Shown: positions 21,080 through 29,612 of the stretch, one piece after another
Layout: each line of letters begins with the position of its first letter
How positions within the stretch are numbered: position 1 is the stretch's first letter
Source: Alphaproteobacteria bacterium MarineAlpha5_Bin3
Lineage (GTDB): Bacteria; Pseudomonadota; Alphaproteobacteria; HIMB59; GCA-002718135
Assembly (NCBI GenBank): GCA_002938255.1
Contig: PTLB01000002.1
Coordinates: 1-35,629 of the forward strand
Direction of reading: 5' to 3'
Length of the DNA stretch: 35,629 nucleotides
Notes under the pieces: generated by a model
The model's database searches: none
The model's input: only the letters and a program-made list of their open reading frames with translations
What the model was told of the DNA's origin: nothing
Position numbers and translations under genes: made by a program

Positions 21080-23122
21080 TTAAGCTACCTTATCTAATAT
21101 TTCTTTTGAGCATTTAGCCATTGTAACGGAAGATCTACTAATGGAATCTGTCATATAAAAATTTTTAATATTATATTCTAATTCTCTATTTTTGATTTTA
21201 ACTGGTAATCCAAATTTTGATAGCAACACTGAAGGCAATGAATTTATTTCTTTTAAAAAAATAAACTTTGTAATAATCTCTTGTCTTAACTCATTGAGAT
21301 TATTAAAATTTAATTTGTTTTCAAATTGATCACTTAGTGCTCTAAATATTTTCCATTCTTCTTTTGATTCTCCTATGGGATTATAGCTTTTAGTAGTTTG
21401 CATGACGCGTCCTTCCATATTTACAAAAGTAGATGTTTTTTCTGGGAAGGCCGGGATAGGCAAAATTATATCAGCAATATTAGCTGTTGCATCCCCATGA
21501 TGGCCTAAATAGACAACAAATGAATCTTGAAGTATTGAAAGATCTATTTCATCCAGACCTAATAAAAAAACAACCGGTTTGTAATTTTGAATATGTTGTT
21601 TTAATGAGTTTTTATAATCAAGATCAAAAAAATTATTATAGAAACCGATATCTAAAGCCCCTACTCGAGAAATATCTTGTTGAAGGATATTTAAGCCATT
21701 AAAATTATGGTTAGTTATTTGATATTTTTTTGCGATTTCTGCACAGACTTTTAATATATCCTTACCATCAGAGAAATTTATAGCAGAAGTGCCAATAATA
21801 ATTAAAGGTTTTTTTGCCTTCTTCAACACTGTACAAAAATCAGATTGATCATTTAAAATATCATTTAAATAATCAATGTTATTGGAAAGGTGTTTATATG
21901 TATAAGTTAAATCAATTGCTTTTCCAATTAGGCCAATTTTGCAATTGTTGTGAATATAAGCTTTTCTAATTCGTGCATTTAAAACAGTTGCTTCCCACCT
22001 TGGGTTACTTCCAATGATTAGTATAGCATCTGCATCATCTATTTTCTGGATTGAGGAATTAAAAATATAGCTATCTCTTTGGTTTTCAATAAATTGAGCA
22101 TTATCATATCTGCAGTCATAAGAAGATGATCCAATAGAGTTTAAAAATGATTTTGCTGAATAAAGAGTTTCAATATCTGTAAGCTTACCACTTAGTGCTA
22201 AAGTCTTGTTTTTATTTCTATTATTAATTTCAGTTACAATAATAGATAAGGCAGTATTCCAATCTACTATTTGAAATTTTGAATTTTTTCTCATGAAAGG
22301 TTTGTCTAGTCTTTGTTTTGTAAGGCCATCAATCGCAAAGCGTGATTTATCATTTATCCATTCTTCATTAATTTCTTCATTGAGTCTTGGTAAAACTCGC
22401 AATACAGTTTTACCAAGGGAGTCAATTCTAATACTCGAACCCATTGCGTCAAATACATCTATTGTTTCTGTTTTTTTTAGTTCCCAAGGTCTCGCCTTAA
22501 ATTCGTAAGGCTTACTTGTTAAAGCGCCAACAGGGCATAAATCTATAACATTCCCTGATAATTCTGATTTTATTGTTTTCTCAAGATATGTTGTAATTTC
22601 TGCATTTTCCCCTCTTCCTAACATACCCAAGTCATCAACTCCAGCCACCTCAGTCGAAAATCTCACACACCGAGTACAATGAATGCATCTTGTCATAATA
22701 GTACCTACCAAAGGGCCCATATGTTTATTATTTACCGCTCTTTTATTCTCTTCATATCTTGATTTATCGAAACCGTAATGAAGAGCTTGATCTTGTAAGT
22801 CACATTCTCCACCTTGATCACAGATTGGACAATCTAAAGGATGATTTATAAGTAAAAATTCCATTACTCCTCTTCTTGCACTTTTTACTAAATCAGTATT
22901 TGTTTTAATAACCATCCCTTCTCCAGCTGGCATTGCACAAGAAGCAATTGGTTTTGGAGATTTCTCCATTTCAACAAGACACATTCTACAGTTTCCTGCG
23001 ATTGACAGTTTATCATGATAACAAAATCTTGGTATTTCCACATTGGCAAGTTCACAAGCCTGCATTACTGTCATGCCATTTTCAAATTCAATTTCTCTAT
23101 TATCAATCGTAATTTTTGGCAT
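21080..23122 (-). CDS. nuoG: NADH-quinone oxidoreductase subunit G
   Basis: 680-aa ORF with an N-terminal 2Fe-2S motif (CYHDKLSIAGNCRMC) and 4Fe-4S motifs (HPLDCPICDQGGEC, CIHCTRCVRF). Confidence 0.95.
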   Translation of the reverse strand: MPKITIDNREIEFENGMTVMQACELANVEIPRFCYHDKLSIAGNCRMCLVEMEKSPKPIASCAMPAGEGMVIKTNTDLVKSARRGVMEFLLINHPLDCPICDQGGECDLQDQALHYGFDKSRYEENKRAVNNKHMGPLVGTIMTRCIHCTRCVRFSTEVAGVDDLGMLGRGENAEITTYLEKTIKSELSGNVIDLCPVGALTSKPYEFKARPWELKKTETIDVFDAMGSSIRIDSLGKTVLRVLPRLNEEINEEWINDKSRFAIDGLTKQRLDKPFMRKNSKFQIVDWNTALSIIVTEINNRNKNKTLALSGKLTDIETLYSAKSFLNSIGSSSYDCRYDNAQFIENQRDSYIFNSSIQKIDDADAILIIGSNPRWEATVLNARIRKAYIHNNCKIGLIGKAIDLTYTYKHLSNNIDYLNDILNDQSDFCTVLKKAKKPLIIIGTSAINFSDGKDILKVCAEIAKKYQITNHNFNGLNILQQDISRVGALDIGFYNNFFDLDYKNSLKQHIQNYKPVVFLLGLDEIDLSILQDSFVVYLGHHGDATANIADIILPIPAFPEKTSTFVNMEGRVMQTTKSYNPIGESKEEWKIFRALSDQFENKLNFNNLNELRQEIITKFIFLKEINSLPSVLLSKFGLPVKIKNRELEYNIKNFYMTDSISRSSVTMAKCSKEILDKVA

Positions 23123-24402
23123 TACGCAACAGCCTTTCTTTGTTGATTTTCTTCAATACGCTTCTCAATTTCTGGCCTAAAGTGCCTCATTAAACCTTGT
23201 ATTGGCCAAGCAGCGGCATCACCTAAGGCACATATTGTATGTCCCTCTACTTGTTTGGTGACATCTAATAATTTATCAATATCTTCATGTTGAACATTTC
23301 CATCTATCATTTTTTTCATAATTCTAAACATCCAACCGGTACCTTCTCGACATGGAGTACACTGACCACAACTCTCATGTTTATAAAAATATGACAGTCT
23401 TGTAATCGCCTCAACAATATCAGTGGTTTTATTCATTACAATAACTGCTGCTGTCCCTAGACCGCTTTGAACGCCTTGCAGACTATCGAAATCCATTTTA
23501 ATGTTATCACATATAGATTTTGGTATCAGTGACACACTAGCACCTCCTGGTATAACTGCTAGCAGATTATCCCAACCTCCAATTACGCCACCAGCATGTT
23601 TTTCAATTAATTCCTTTAGGGGGATACCCATTTCTTCTTCCACATTACATGGATTATTAACATGACCAGAAATACTGAAAATTTTAGTACCAGTATTTTT
23701 GGGATTTCCTATACCTGCAAACCATTGTGCTCCGCGTCTTAAAATTGTGGGTACTACAGCAACAGTCTCAACATTAGTTACAGTAGTAGGACATCCATAC
23801 AAACCAGCGCCAGCTGGAAAAGGTGGTTTTAGTCTCGGTTGCCCTTTTTTTCCTTCTAAGCTTTCAAGAAGAGCTGTTTCTTCACCGCAAATGTAAGCTC
23901 CTGCCCCTCTATGTAAAAAAATGTCAAAATCCCACTTAGAACCACATGCATTTTTTCCAATCAAGCTTGCGACATATGCTTCATCAATCGCTTTTTGTAA
24001 ATTGGATGACTCATTATAATATTCTCCCCTTATATAAATATAACAAGCATGTGCCTGCATAGCAAAACCGGCCACTAAGCATCCTTCTAGAAGAAGATGT
24101 GGATCATTTCTTAAAATTTCTCTATCTTTACAAGTTCCTGGTTCTGATTCGTCTGCATTTATTACAAGATAATGAGGTTTACCAGAATTTTTTGGCATGA
24201 ATGACCATTTTAATCCAGCAGGAAAGCCTGCTCCACCACGACCTCTTAAATCGCTTTTTTTAATTTCTTCGATAATGTAATCACTTCCTTTGGCAATTAA
24301 ATCTTTAGTGTTAGACCATATTCCACGTTTTCGAGATCCTTCAATGCCCCAATCATCATACCCATATATATTTTTAAAAATCTTATCTTTTTCTTTCAAC
24401 AT
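23122..24402 (-). CDS. nuoF: NADH-quinone oxidoreductase subunit F
   Basis: 426-aa ORF with the FMN/NADH site [13 protein letters not shown] and the N3 cluster motif [12 protein letters not shown]. Confidence 0.96.
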   Translation of the reverse strand: MLKEKDKIFKNIYGYDDWGIEGSRKRGIWSNTKDLIAKGSDYIIEEIKKSDLRGRGGAGFPAGLKWSFMPKNSGKPHYLVINADESEPGTCKDREILRNDPHLLLEGCLVAGFAMQAHACYIYIRGEYYNESSNLQKAIDEAYVASLIGKNACGSKWDFDIFLHRGAGAYICGEETALLESLEGKKGQPRLKPPFPAGAGLYGCPTTVTNVETVAVVPTILRRGAQWFAGIGNPKNTGTKIFSISGHVNNPCNVEEEMGIPLKELIEKHAGGVIGGWDNLLAVIPGGASVSLIPKSICDNIKMDFDSLQGVQSGLGTAAVIVMNKTTDIVEAITRLSYFYKHESCGQCTPCREGTGWMFRIMKKMIDGNVQHEDIDKLLDVTKQVEGHTICALGDAAAWPIQGLMRHFRPEIEKRIEENQQRKAVA

Positions 24403-24403
24403 A

Positions 24404-24997
24404 TTAGTTATTTCTTTTTGGATCTGAAGTTTGTCTTCCTATTTGTGAACCTGGTTTAATACTTTTGTTAGTTTTTAAATTATTTAACAAATCTCTAAAA
24501 TTATTTTCAGTTAAATCCTCATAATAATCATCATTAATTTGAACCATGGGTGCATTACAACAAGCTCCTAAACATTCTACTTCAACAACAGTAAACTGAT
24601 TATCATTAGAAGTAACTCCAATTTTACAACCAGTTACTTCTTTAGCCACCTCTGATAACTTATCACTGCCTCGCAACCAACAAGGAGTAGTTCTGCATAT
24701 TTGAACATAATTTTTACCAACTGGGTTTAAATTAAACATAGAATAAAAAGTGACTACTTCTAAAACTCTTATAAAAGACATACTTAAAGTTTCTGCGATT
24801 TTTTCTATAGCGCTTTTATTTAACCAGCCTTTGTTTTGTCTTTGAGCCAAATCCAGAAGAGGTATTACTGCACTTTGCTGTCTTCCTGGAGGATATTTCT
24901 CAATAATAATTTGTATTTTGGCAAAATTTTTTTCTGACCATTGAAAAAAATCATTGTTATCTTTGATTACTGTATTAATCAATCCTGGGTGTTTCAT
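24404..24997 (-). CDS. nuoE: NADH-quinone oxidoreductase subunit E
   Basis: 197-aa ORF with thioredoxin-like 2Fe-2S ligands (CRTTPC ... CLGACCNAP). Confidence 0.94.
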   Translation of the reverse strand: MKHPGLINTVIKDNNDFFQWSEKNFAKIQIIIEKYPPGRQQSAVIPLLDLAQRQNKGWLNKSAIEKIAETLSMSFIRVLEVVTFYSMFNLNPVGKNYVQICRTTPCWLRGSDKLSEVAKEVTGCKIGVTSNDNQFTVVEVECLGACCNAPMVQINDDYYEDLTENNFRDLLNNLKTNKSIKPGSQIGRQTSDPKRNN

Positions 24998-26172
24998 CGA
25001 TCAACTTCTCCAAATACTATATCCAAACTTCCTAAAATAGCAGCAATATCAGCCATTAAATGACCTTTGGACAAATGATTTAGTGTTTGCAAATGCGCAA
25101 AACCAGGGGCTCTAATTTTACATCTGTAAGGTTTGCTTGAACCGTCTGATACTAGAAAAACGCCAAATTCTCCTTTAGGTGCTTCTACAGCACAATATGT
25201 CTCCCCTGAAGGAACTCGGTATCCTTCAGTAAATAATTTAAAGTGATGGATTAATGATTCCATTGATTTTTTCATTGTATTTCTTTTTGGTGGTGTAATC
25301 TTGTTATCATTAATAGCAATATCGCCAGGCTTAATTAGATTTAAGCATTGCTTAATAATTTCAATGCTTTGTCTCATTTCTTCAATTCTAATTAAATATC
25401 TATCAAAACAATCGCCATTTTTACCAATAGGTACATCAAAATCTACTTTGTCATAGGCATCATAAGGTTGGGAGCGCCTTAGATCCCAAGCTACTCCCGC
25501 ACTTCTTAATACTGGTCCTGTACACCCCCATTCAATAGCTTCTTGCTTGGTGATCACGCCTATATTAACCGAACGTTGACGAAGTATTCTATTATTCGTT
25601 AACAATTCTTCCAAGTCATCTAAAAATTTAGGCAGGTTGTTTACGTGATCAAAAAGCTTCTGTTCCATACCGTCGGGCATATCTTGATGTACGCCTCCTG
25701 GTCTGAAATAAGCAGCGTGAAAACGCGCTCCCGAAACAGCCTCGTGAAATTCTAGCAATTTCTCTCTTTCTTCAAAACACCAAAGAAAAGGTGTGACTGC
25801 ACCGATATCGGCAGCATAGGCAGGAACATTTAATAAATGATTAAGAATACGAGTTATTTCAGAAAAAATAACGCGAATATACTGTGCACGGATTGGGACC
25901 TTAATATTTAACAACTGTTCAGTAGCTAATGCGAAAGCATGCTCTTGACACATGGGAGACACATAATCAAGACGATCAAAGTATGGTACTGCTTGCAAAT
26001 ATGTTTTATATTCAATAAGTTTTTCAGTTCCACGATGAAGTAAACCGATATGTGGCTCTACTCTCTCAACCACTTCCCCGTCTAATTCCACAACCAATCT
26101 TAAAACACCATGTGCTGCCGGATGTTGAGGGCCAAAATTAAGAGTAGTTGAGTTAATTTCTACTTCTTTCAT
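24994..26172 (-). CDS. nuoD: NADH-quinone oxidoreductase subunit D
   Basis: 392-aa ORF with the [15 protein letters not shown] signature and a C-terminal DIVFGEVDR. Confidence 0.96.
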   Translation of the reverse strand: MKEVEINSTTLNFGPQHPAAHGVLRLVVELDGEVVERVEPHIGLLHRGTEKLIEYKTYLQAVPYFDRLDYVSPMCQEHAFALATEQLLNIKVPIRAQYIRVIFSEITRILNHLLNVPAYAADIGAVTPFLWCFEEREKLLEFHEAVSGARFHAAYFRPGGVHQDMPDGMEQKLFDHVNNLPKFLDDLEELLTNNRILRQRSVNIGVITKQEAIEWGCTGPVLRSAGVAWDLRRSQPYDAYDKVDFDVPIGKNGDCFDRYLIRIEEMRQSIEIIKQCLNLIKPGDIAINDNKITPPKRNTMKKSMESLIHHFKLFTEGYRVPSGETYCAVEAPKGEFGVFLVSDGSSKPYRCKIRAPGFAHLQTLNHLSKGHLMADIAAILGSLDIVFGEVDR

Positions 26173-26792
26173 GAGTTATTTTCTTCTGAGGATTTTTCAT
26201 CTCCTATTAATTTATTATCAAACCCTTCCCAAGGGCTCATATAATCAAAATTTCTATATTCTTGTGCTAGCTTGACAGGTTCGTACACAACTTTTTTTTC
26301 AAGGTCATCATAATGAACTTCTGTATGTCCTGTTAAAGGAAAATCTTTTCTTAGCGGATGTCCTTCAAAATTATAATCTGTCATTATTCTTCGTAAATCT
26401 GGGTGATTAGAAAATTGAATACCAAATAAATCATAACATTCTCTTTCATACCAATTTGCTGCTTTATGAATAATTGTAATTGATTCCAATACTGTACTTT
26501 CATCAATAGATGTTTTAACTAAAATGCGTTGATTTAAAGTTAAACTTATTAATAAGTAAATAATATCAAATCGCTTCTCTCTTGAAGGATAGTCAATTGC
26601 TGTCACATCAATTAATTGGTCAAATAGTAGTTTTGTATCTTCCTTTAATTCTTTAATGACTTTGAATATTTTTACCGGTTCAGTTTTGATCTCTAAATAC
26701 TTATCATTATTAATTATTTCAACTCCAAGAAATCTATCAACTATAATTTTTTTTGTATCACCAATGCTTTGCATCTTATCTGTTAAATACAT
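26169..26792 (-). CDS. nuoC: NADH-quinone oxidoreductase subunit C
   Basis: 207-aa ORF with the [21 protein letters not shown] signature. Confidence 0.94.
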   Translation of the reverse strand: MYLTDKMQSIGDTKKIIVDRFLGVEIINNDKYLEIKTEPVKIFKVIKELKEDTKLLFDQLIDVTAIDYPSREKRFDIIYLLISLTLNQRILVKTSIDESTVLESITIIHKAANWYERECYDLFGIQFSNHPDLRRIMTDYNFEGHPLRKDFPLTGHTEVHYDDLEKKVVYEPVKLAQEYRNFDYMSPWEGFDNKLIGDEKSSEENNS

Positions 26793-26987
26793 TTTTTCTT
26801 TTTATTTTCTTTTGAAGTTGCAAAATACCGTAAACCAAAGCTTTTGCTGTGGGTGGGAACCCGTTCGAGCCCAAGTTATTAATTTATCAAAGTTTGCTAA
26901 AAGAAAACCTTTAGAATTTAATTCATCTCCAAAATCATTTTCATCAATCGTGGAATCTACTCCCATTCTAGTGCGCCTTTTTTCCAT
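26776..26987 (-). pseudogene. nuoB: nuoB remnant: N-terminal ~44 codons fused out of frame to the last ~26 codons; central Fe-S (N2) domain missing
   Basis: In frame A, 26802-26987 encodes ...GFLLANFDKLITWARTGS and then the nonsense run HPQQKLWFTVFCNFKRK*. In the neighbouring frame, from about 26858 down to the stop at 26776-26778, the DNA encodes [26 protein letters not shown]. That is the canonical NuoB C-terminus, and it overlaps the nuoC start by 17 nt. The junction lies around 26855-26858 (minus strand GGTTCC/CACCC). Confidence 0.8.
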
Positions 26988-27322
26988 TCATATATAAAGC
27001 CAACAGTAAGTATTAATAAGAAAATCATCATAGACCAAAATCCAAAAATCCCAATACTACCGAGAGAAATTGCCCAAGGAAATAGGAAGGCGACTTCTAG
27101 ATCAAAAATAATAAATAAGATTGCTACTAAATAAAATCTTACATCAAACCTTCCTCTTGCGTCATCAAAAGCTTCAAATCCGCATTCGTATGCTGATAGT
27201 TTTTCACTATCTGGTTTTGAACTACCTAGAATAAAAGGTATTGCAGTCATACTGATGGCTATGACAAAACTTATAAAAATAAAGATGAGTATAGGTAAGT
27301 ATTCTAATAAGAAAGATGTCAC
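26957..27322 (-). CDS. nuoA: NADH-quinone oxidoreductase subunit A
   Basis: 121-aa, 3-TM ORF with the [10 protein letters not shown] motif. It uses a GTG start (rev-comp of cac 27320-27322) preceded by AAGGAA. Confidence 0.93.
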   Translation of the reverse strand: MTSFLLEYLPILIFIFISFVIAISMTAIPFILGSSKPDSEKLSAYECGFEAFDDARGRFDVRFYLVAILFIIFDLEVAFLFPWAISLGSIGIFGFWSMMIFLLILTVGFIYEWKKGALEWE

Positions 27323-27428
27323 AATTTCCTTTATAAATTAAGGTTAACTAATACATTTATTAAATTATTCAAGGATAACAAAATATCTCTAAATATATAG
27401 CATATAAAATTTTAAGTTTTGAAAAAGA

Positions 27429-27505
27429 TGGCGCGAGAGACGGGATTCGAACCCGCGACCTCCGCCGTGACAGGGCGGCGTTCTAACCAGCTGAACTACT
27501 CCCGC
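27429..27505 (-). tRNA. tRNA-Asp (anticodon GUC)
   Basis: A hand-folded 77-nt cloverleaf on the minus strand: GCGGGAG-TA-GTTC-AGCTGGTTA-GAAC-G-CCGCC-CTGTCAC-GGCGG-AGGTC-GCGGG-TTCGAAT-CCCGT-CTCTCGC-G-CCA. The CCA end is encoded. Confidence 0.93.
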
Positions 27506-27585
27506 GTTAGGACAAATGGCTCAATATCACATTTTTTTTAAGATTATACAATAATCTGTAATATTTATGCACTCATCACAACCTA

Positions 27586-27607
27586 CCAAAAACAAGAGGT
27601 AACCTCT
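27586..27607 (-). terminator. weak candidate terminator downstream of ndh
   Basis: Minus strand reads AGAGGT-T-ACCTCT followed by TGTTTTTGG, starting about 17 nt after the ndh stop. The stem is short with a tiny loop, so this is only marginal. Confidence 0.3.
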
Positions 27608-27623
27608 GAATGTTTTTTTATAT

Positions 27624-28880
27624 TTATGAAGAATTTTTTTCATTTTTATTATTTGTTATCAAGCGAGCACTTTTACTAAAAGTTAGATATGACCAAACCC
27701 AATTTACAAAAACCATAAAACGGTTGCGAAAACCTATCAAAAAATAAATGTGAATCAATGACCAAAATATCCACCCAATCCTGCCTTTAAGAGTGAGCCA
27801 ACCAAAATCAACAATTGCTTTTGACCTCCCAATGGTAGCAAGATAACCCCTGTTTTTATAGTAAAATTTATTTTGAGTTTTATCGTTAAGCACATACTTT
27901 TTAATAACTCCAGCAACAAACCTGCCTTCTTGTTTAGCTACAGGAGCCAGTCCAGGTAAGGGGTTGCCATTTTTATCTTTAACATGAGAGGCATCACCAA
28001 CAACAAAAATTTTAGGGTATTTGGGAATTGACAAGTCATCATTGACAAATACCCTACCAATCTTATCTGTTTCAATATTTATCAAATTTCTAAGAAGTGA
28101 AACTTTAACTCCCGCGCACCATATAATTGTTCCTGCCTCAATATTTTCATTATTGGTTGAAACCAAAAATTCTGTAATATTTTGAACAACAGTATTACAT
28201 TTAACTTCTACCCCCATTTTTTCAAGACTATCTTTTGCATAAATAGATAATCTAAGTGAAGCTGTGGGTAATATACTAGGACCTGCTTCTAATAAAATAA
28301 TTTGTGTAGCCATTGTGTCAATGGTAGCAAATTCTTTTGTTAATACATTTTTAGACAATTCTGCTATAGCGCCGGCCATTTCCACTCCTGTCGGACCTCC
28401 ACCTATAACAACAAATTTCAAAAGTTTGTTTATTGTTTTATCATCATTTATTCTTTCGGCTTTTTCAAAAGCTTGTAAAATCTTGCTTCGTAGTAAAGTA
28501 GCATTTTCAATATTTTTTAAACCAAGTGAGAATTTTTTCCACTGATCTTGACCAAAATAACTTAGTTCTGAACCCGTAGCTAAAATAAGATAATCATATG
28601 AGTATGTGTTATTTCTAGTTCTAATTCGATTAAATTGAGGTTTAATTTCAACCAACTCATCAAGAATAACTTTAAGATTTTGTTGTGAACGAAAAATGTT
28701 TCTGATTGGCAGAGCTATATCGGCAGGAGAAAGTCCCGCTGTGGCTACCTGGTATAACAACGGTTGGAATAAATGATAATTATTTTTGTCAATAATTGTT
28801 ATATTAAATGAAGATGTAACTAACACTTTAGCTGCTTGCAAACCTGCAAAACCTGCCCCTACAATAATAATCTTATTCAA
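27624..28880 (-). CDS. ndh: type II NADH:quinone oxidoreductase (NDH-2)
   Basis: 418-aa ORF with two dinucleotide-binding motifs (IIIVGAGFAGLQAA at the N-terminus and VVIGGGPTGVEMAGA) plus VVGDAS. It has the hydrophobic or amphipathic C-terminal tail typical of NDH-2. The start reads TTG (rev-comp of caa 28878-28880). Confidence 0.85.
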   Translation of the reverse strand: MNKIIIVGAGFAGLQAAKVLVTSSFNITIIDKNNYHLFQPLLYQVATAGLSPADIALPIRNIFRSQQNLKVILDELVEIKPQFNRIRTRNNTYSYDYLILATGSELSYFGQDQWKKFSLGLKNIENATLLRSKILQAFEKAERINDDKTINKLLKFVVIGGGPTGVEMAGAIAELSKNVLTKEFATIDTMATQIILLEAGPSILPTASLRLSIYAKDSLEKMGVEVKCNTVVQNITEFLVSTNNENIEAGTIIWCAGVKVSLLRNLINIETDKIGRVFVNDDLSIPKYPKIFVVGDASHVKDKNGNPLPGLAPVAKQEGRFVAGVIKKYVLNDKTQNKFYYKNRGYLATIGRSKAIVDFGWLTLKGRIGWIFWSLIHIYFLIGFRNRFMVFVNWVWSYLTFSKSARLITNNKNEKNSS

Positions 28881-29077
28881 AACTAATCTCGCCTGGTAAA
28901 AAAAACGGAGGTATGTTTTTCATAAACATATCTTAACATGGTTGTTATAAAAGTAGAGTAAATAGACCTCATAGCTAAGAACGAAATTCCCTAATTAACA
29001 AAAATTATCTAAGAGTATTACACAAAGTAATACAATCGTACAAATTAACAAAAGAGTAAAAAATAAATGGCGGAAAA

Positions 29078-29153
29078 TGGTGGGTGTTGAGAGACTCGAA
29101 CTCCCGACCCTCTCGGTGTAAACGAGATGCTCTACCAACTGAGCTAAACACCC
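29078..29153 (-). tRNA. tRNA-Val (anticodon UAC)
   Basis: A hand-folded 76-nt cloverleaf on the minus strand: GGGTGTT-TA-GCTC-AGTTGGTA-GAGC-A-TCTCG-TTTACAC-CGAGA-GGGTC-GGGAG-TTCGAGT-CTCTC-AACACCC-A-CCA. Confidence 0.93.
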
Positions 29154-29191
29154 AAAAAGAAACCGGCTGTTAATGTTATTTAACAGCCGGT
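29154..29191 (-). terminator. rho-independent terminator downstream of hupB
   Basis: A perfect 12-bp stem on the minus strand, ACCGGCTGTTAA (29180-29191) - ATAACA - TTAACAGCCGGT (29162-29173), is followed directly by TTCTTTTT. Confidence 0.8.
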
Positions 29192-29213
29192 GCAACAAAA
29201 AATTCTTTGTAAT

Positions 29214-29489
29214 TTAAATGTTCACAGCATCTTTTAAAGCTTTACCTACAGTAAACTTTGGTCTTTTGGACGCAGGAATTTGGATAGATTCACCTGTTCT
29301 AGGATTTCTACCTACAGTGGCTTTTCTGTGGCTAATACTGAAATTACCAAAACCAACAATACTAACTTTTTCATCTCTTTTAAGAGAGTTTGTAACTGCA
29401 TCTAAAAGGCTTTCAATTGCCCTTGTTGAATCAGATTTGGATAAACCAGCAGAAGAAGCGACAGAAGCTATTAAATCATTTTTGTTCAC
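29214..29489 (-). CDS. hupB: DNA-binding protein HU
   Basis: 91-aa ORF of the HU/IHF family with GFGNFSISHRKATVGRNPRTGESIQIPA (beta-arm with RNPxTG). It uses a GTG start preceded by AAGGAG. Its position downstream of lon is the conserved one. Confidence 0.92.
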   Translation of the reverse strand: MNKNDLIASVASSAGLSKSDSTRAIESLLDAVTNSLKRDEKVSIVGFGNFSISHRKATVGRNPRTGESIQIPASKRPKFTVGKALKDAVNI

Positions 29490-29612
29490 TTTAGACTCCT
29501 TTTATTATGTAGATTCATTGATATTATTTAGTATAGTTGTTAGTCAACGATAATATTACAAATTTCCCCAGAATATAAGGAAATAATTAAAATAATGGCT
29601 AAATATAAAGGT

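Noticed and set aside
26656-26997. 113-aa plus-strand ORF spanning the nuoC start, the nuoB remnant and the nuoA end.
   Set aside because: It is antisense to well-supported genes, has a low-complexity AT-codon composition (I/F/L/S/K rich) and lacks an RBS. This is a typical shadow ORF, and it does not encode the missing NuoB segment.
27543-27550. A perfect extended -10 (TGTATAAT, minus strand) about 38 nt upstream of tRNA-Asp, and a TATAAT about 13 nt upstream of the lon start (32007-32037).
   Set aside because: TATAAT-like hexamers are frequent by chance at this AT content, and neither has a convincing -35 element. They are not reportable as promoters without transcript mapping.
28883-28972. 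29-codon minus-strand ORF (MRSIYSTFITTMLRYVYEKHTSVFFTRRD) upstream of ndh as a possible leader peptide.
   Set aside because: It has no Shine-Dalgarno, is in a different frame from ndh, and its length is expected by chance in an AT-rich spacer.
28995-29198. 67-aa minus-strand ORF from the six-frame track.
   Set aside because: It is entirely explained by tRNA-Val (29078-29153) and the hupB terminator hairpin. It has no RBS and its sequence is not protein-like.
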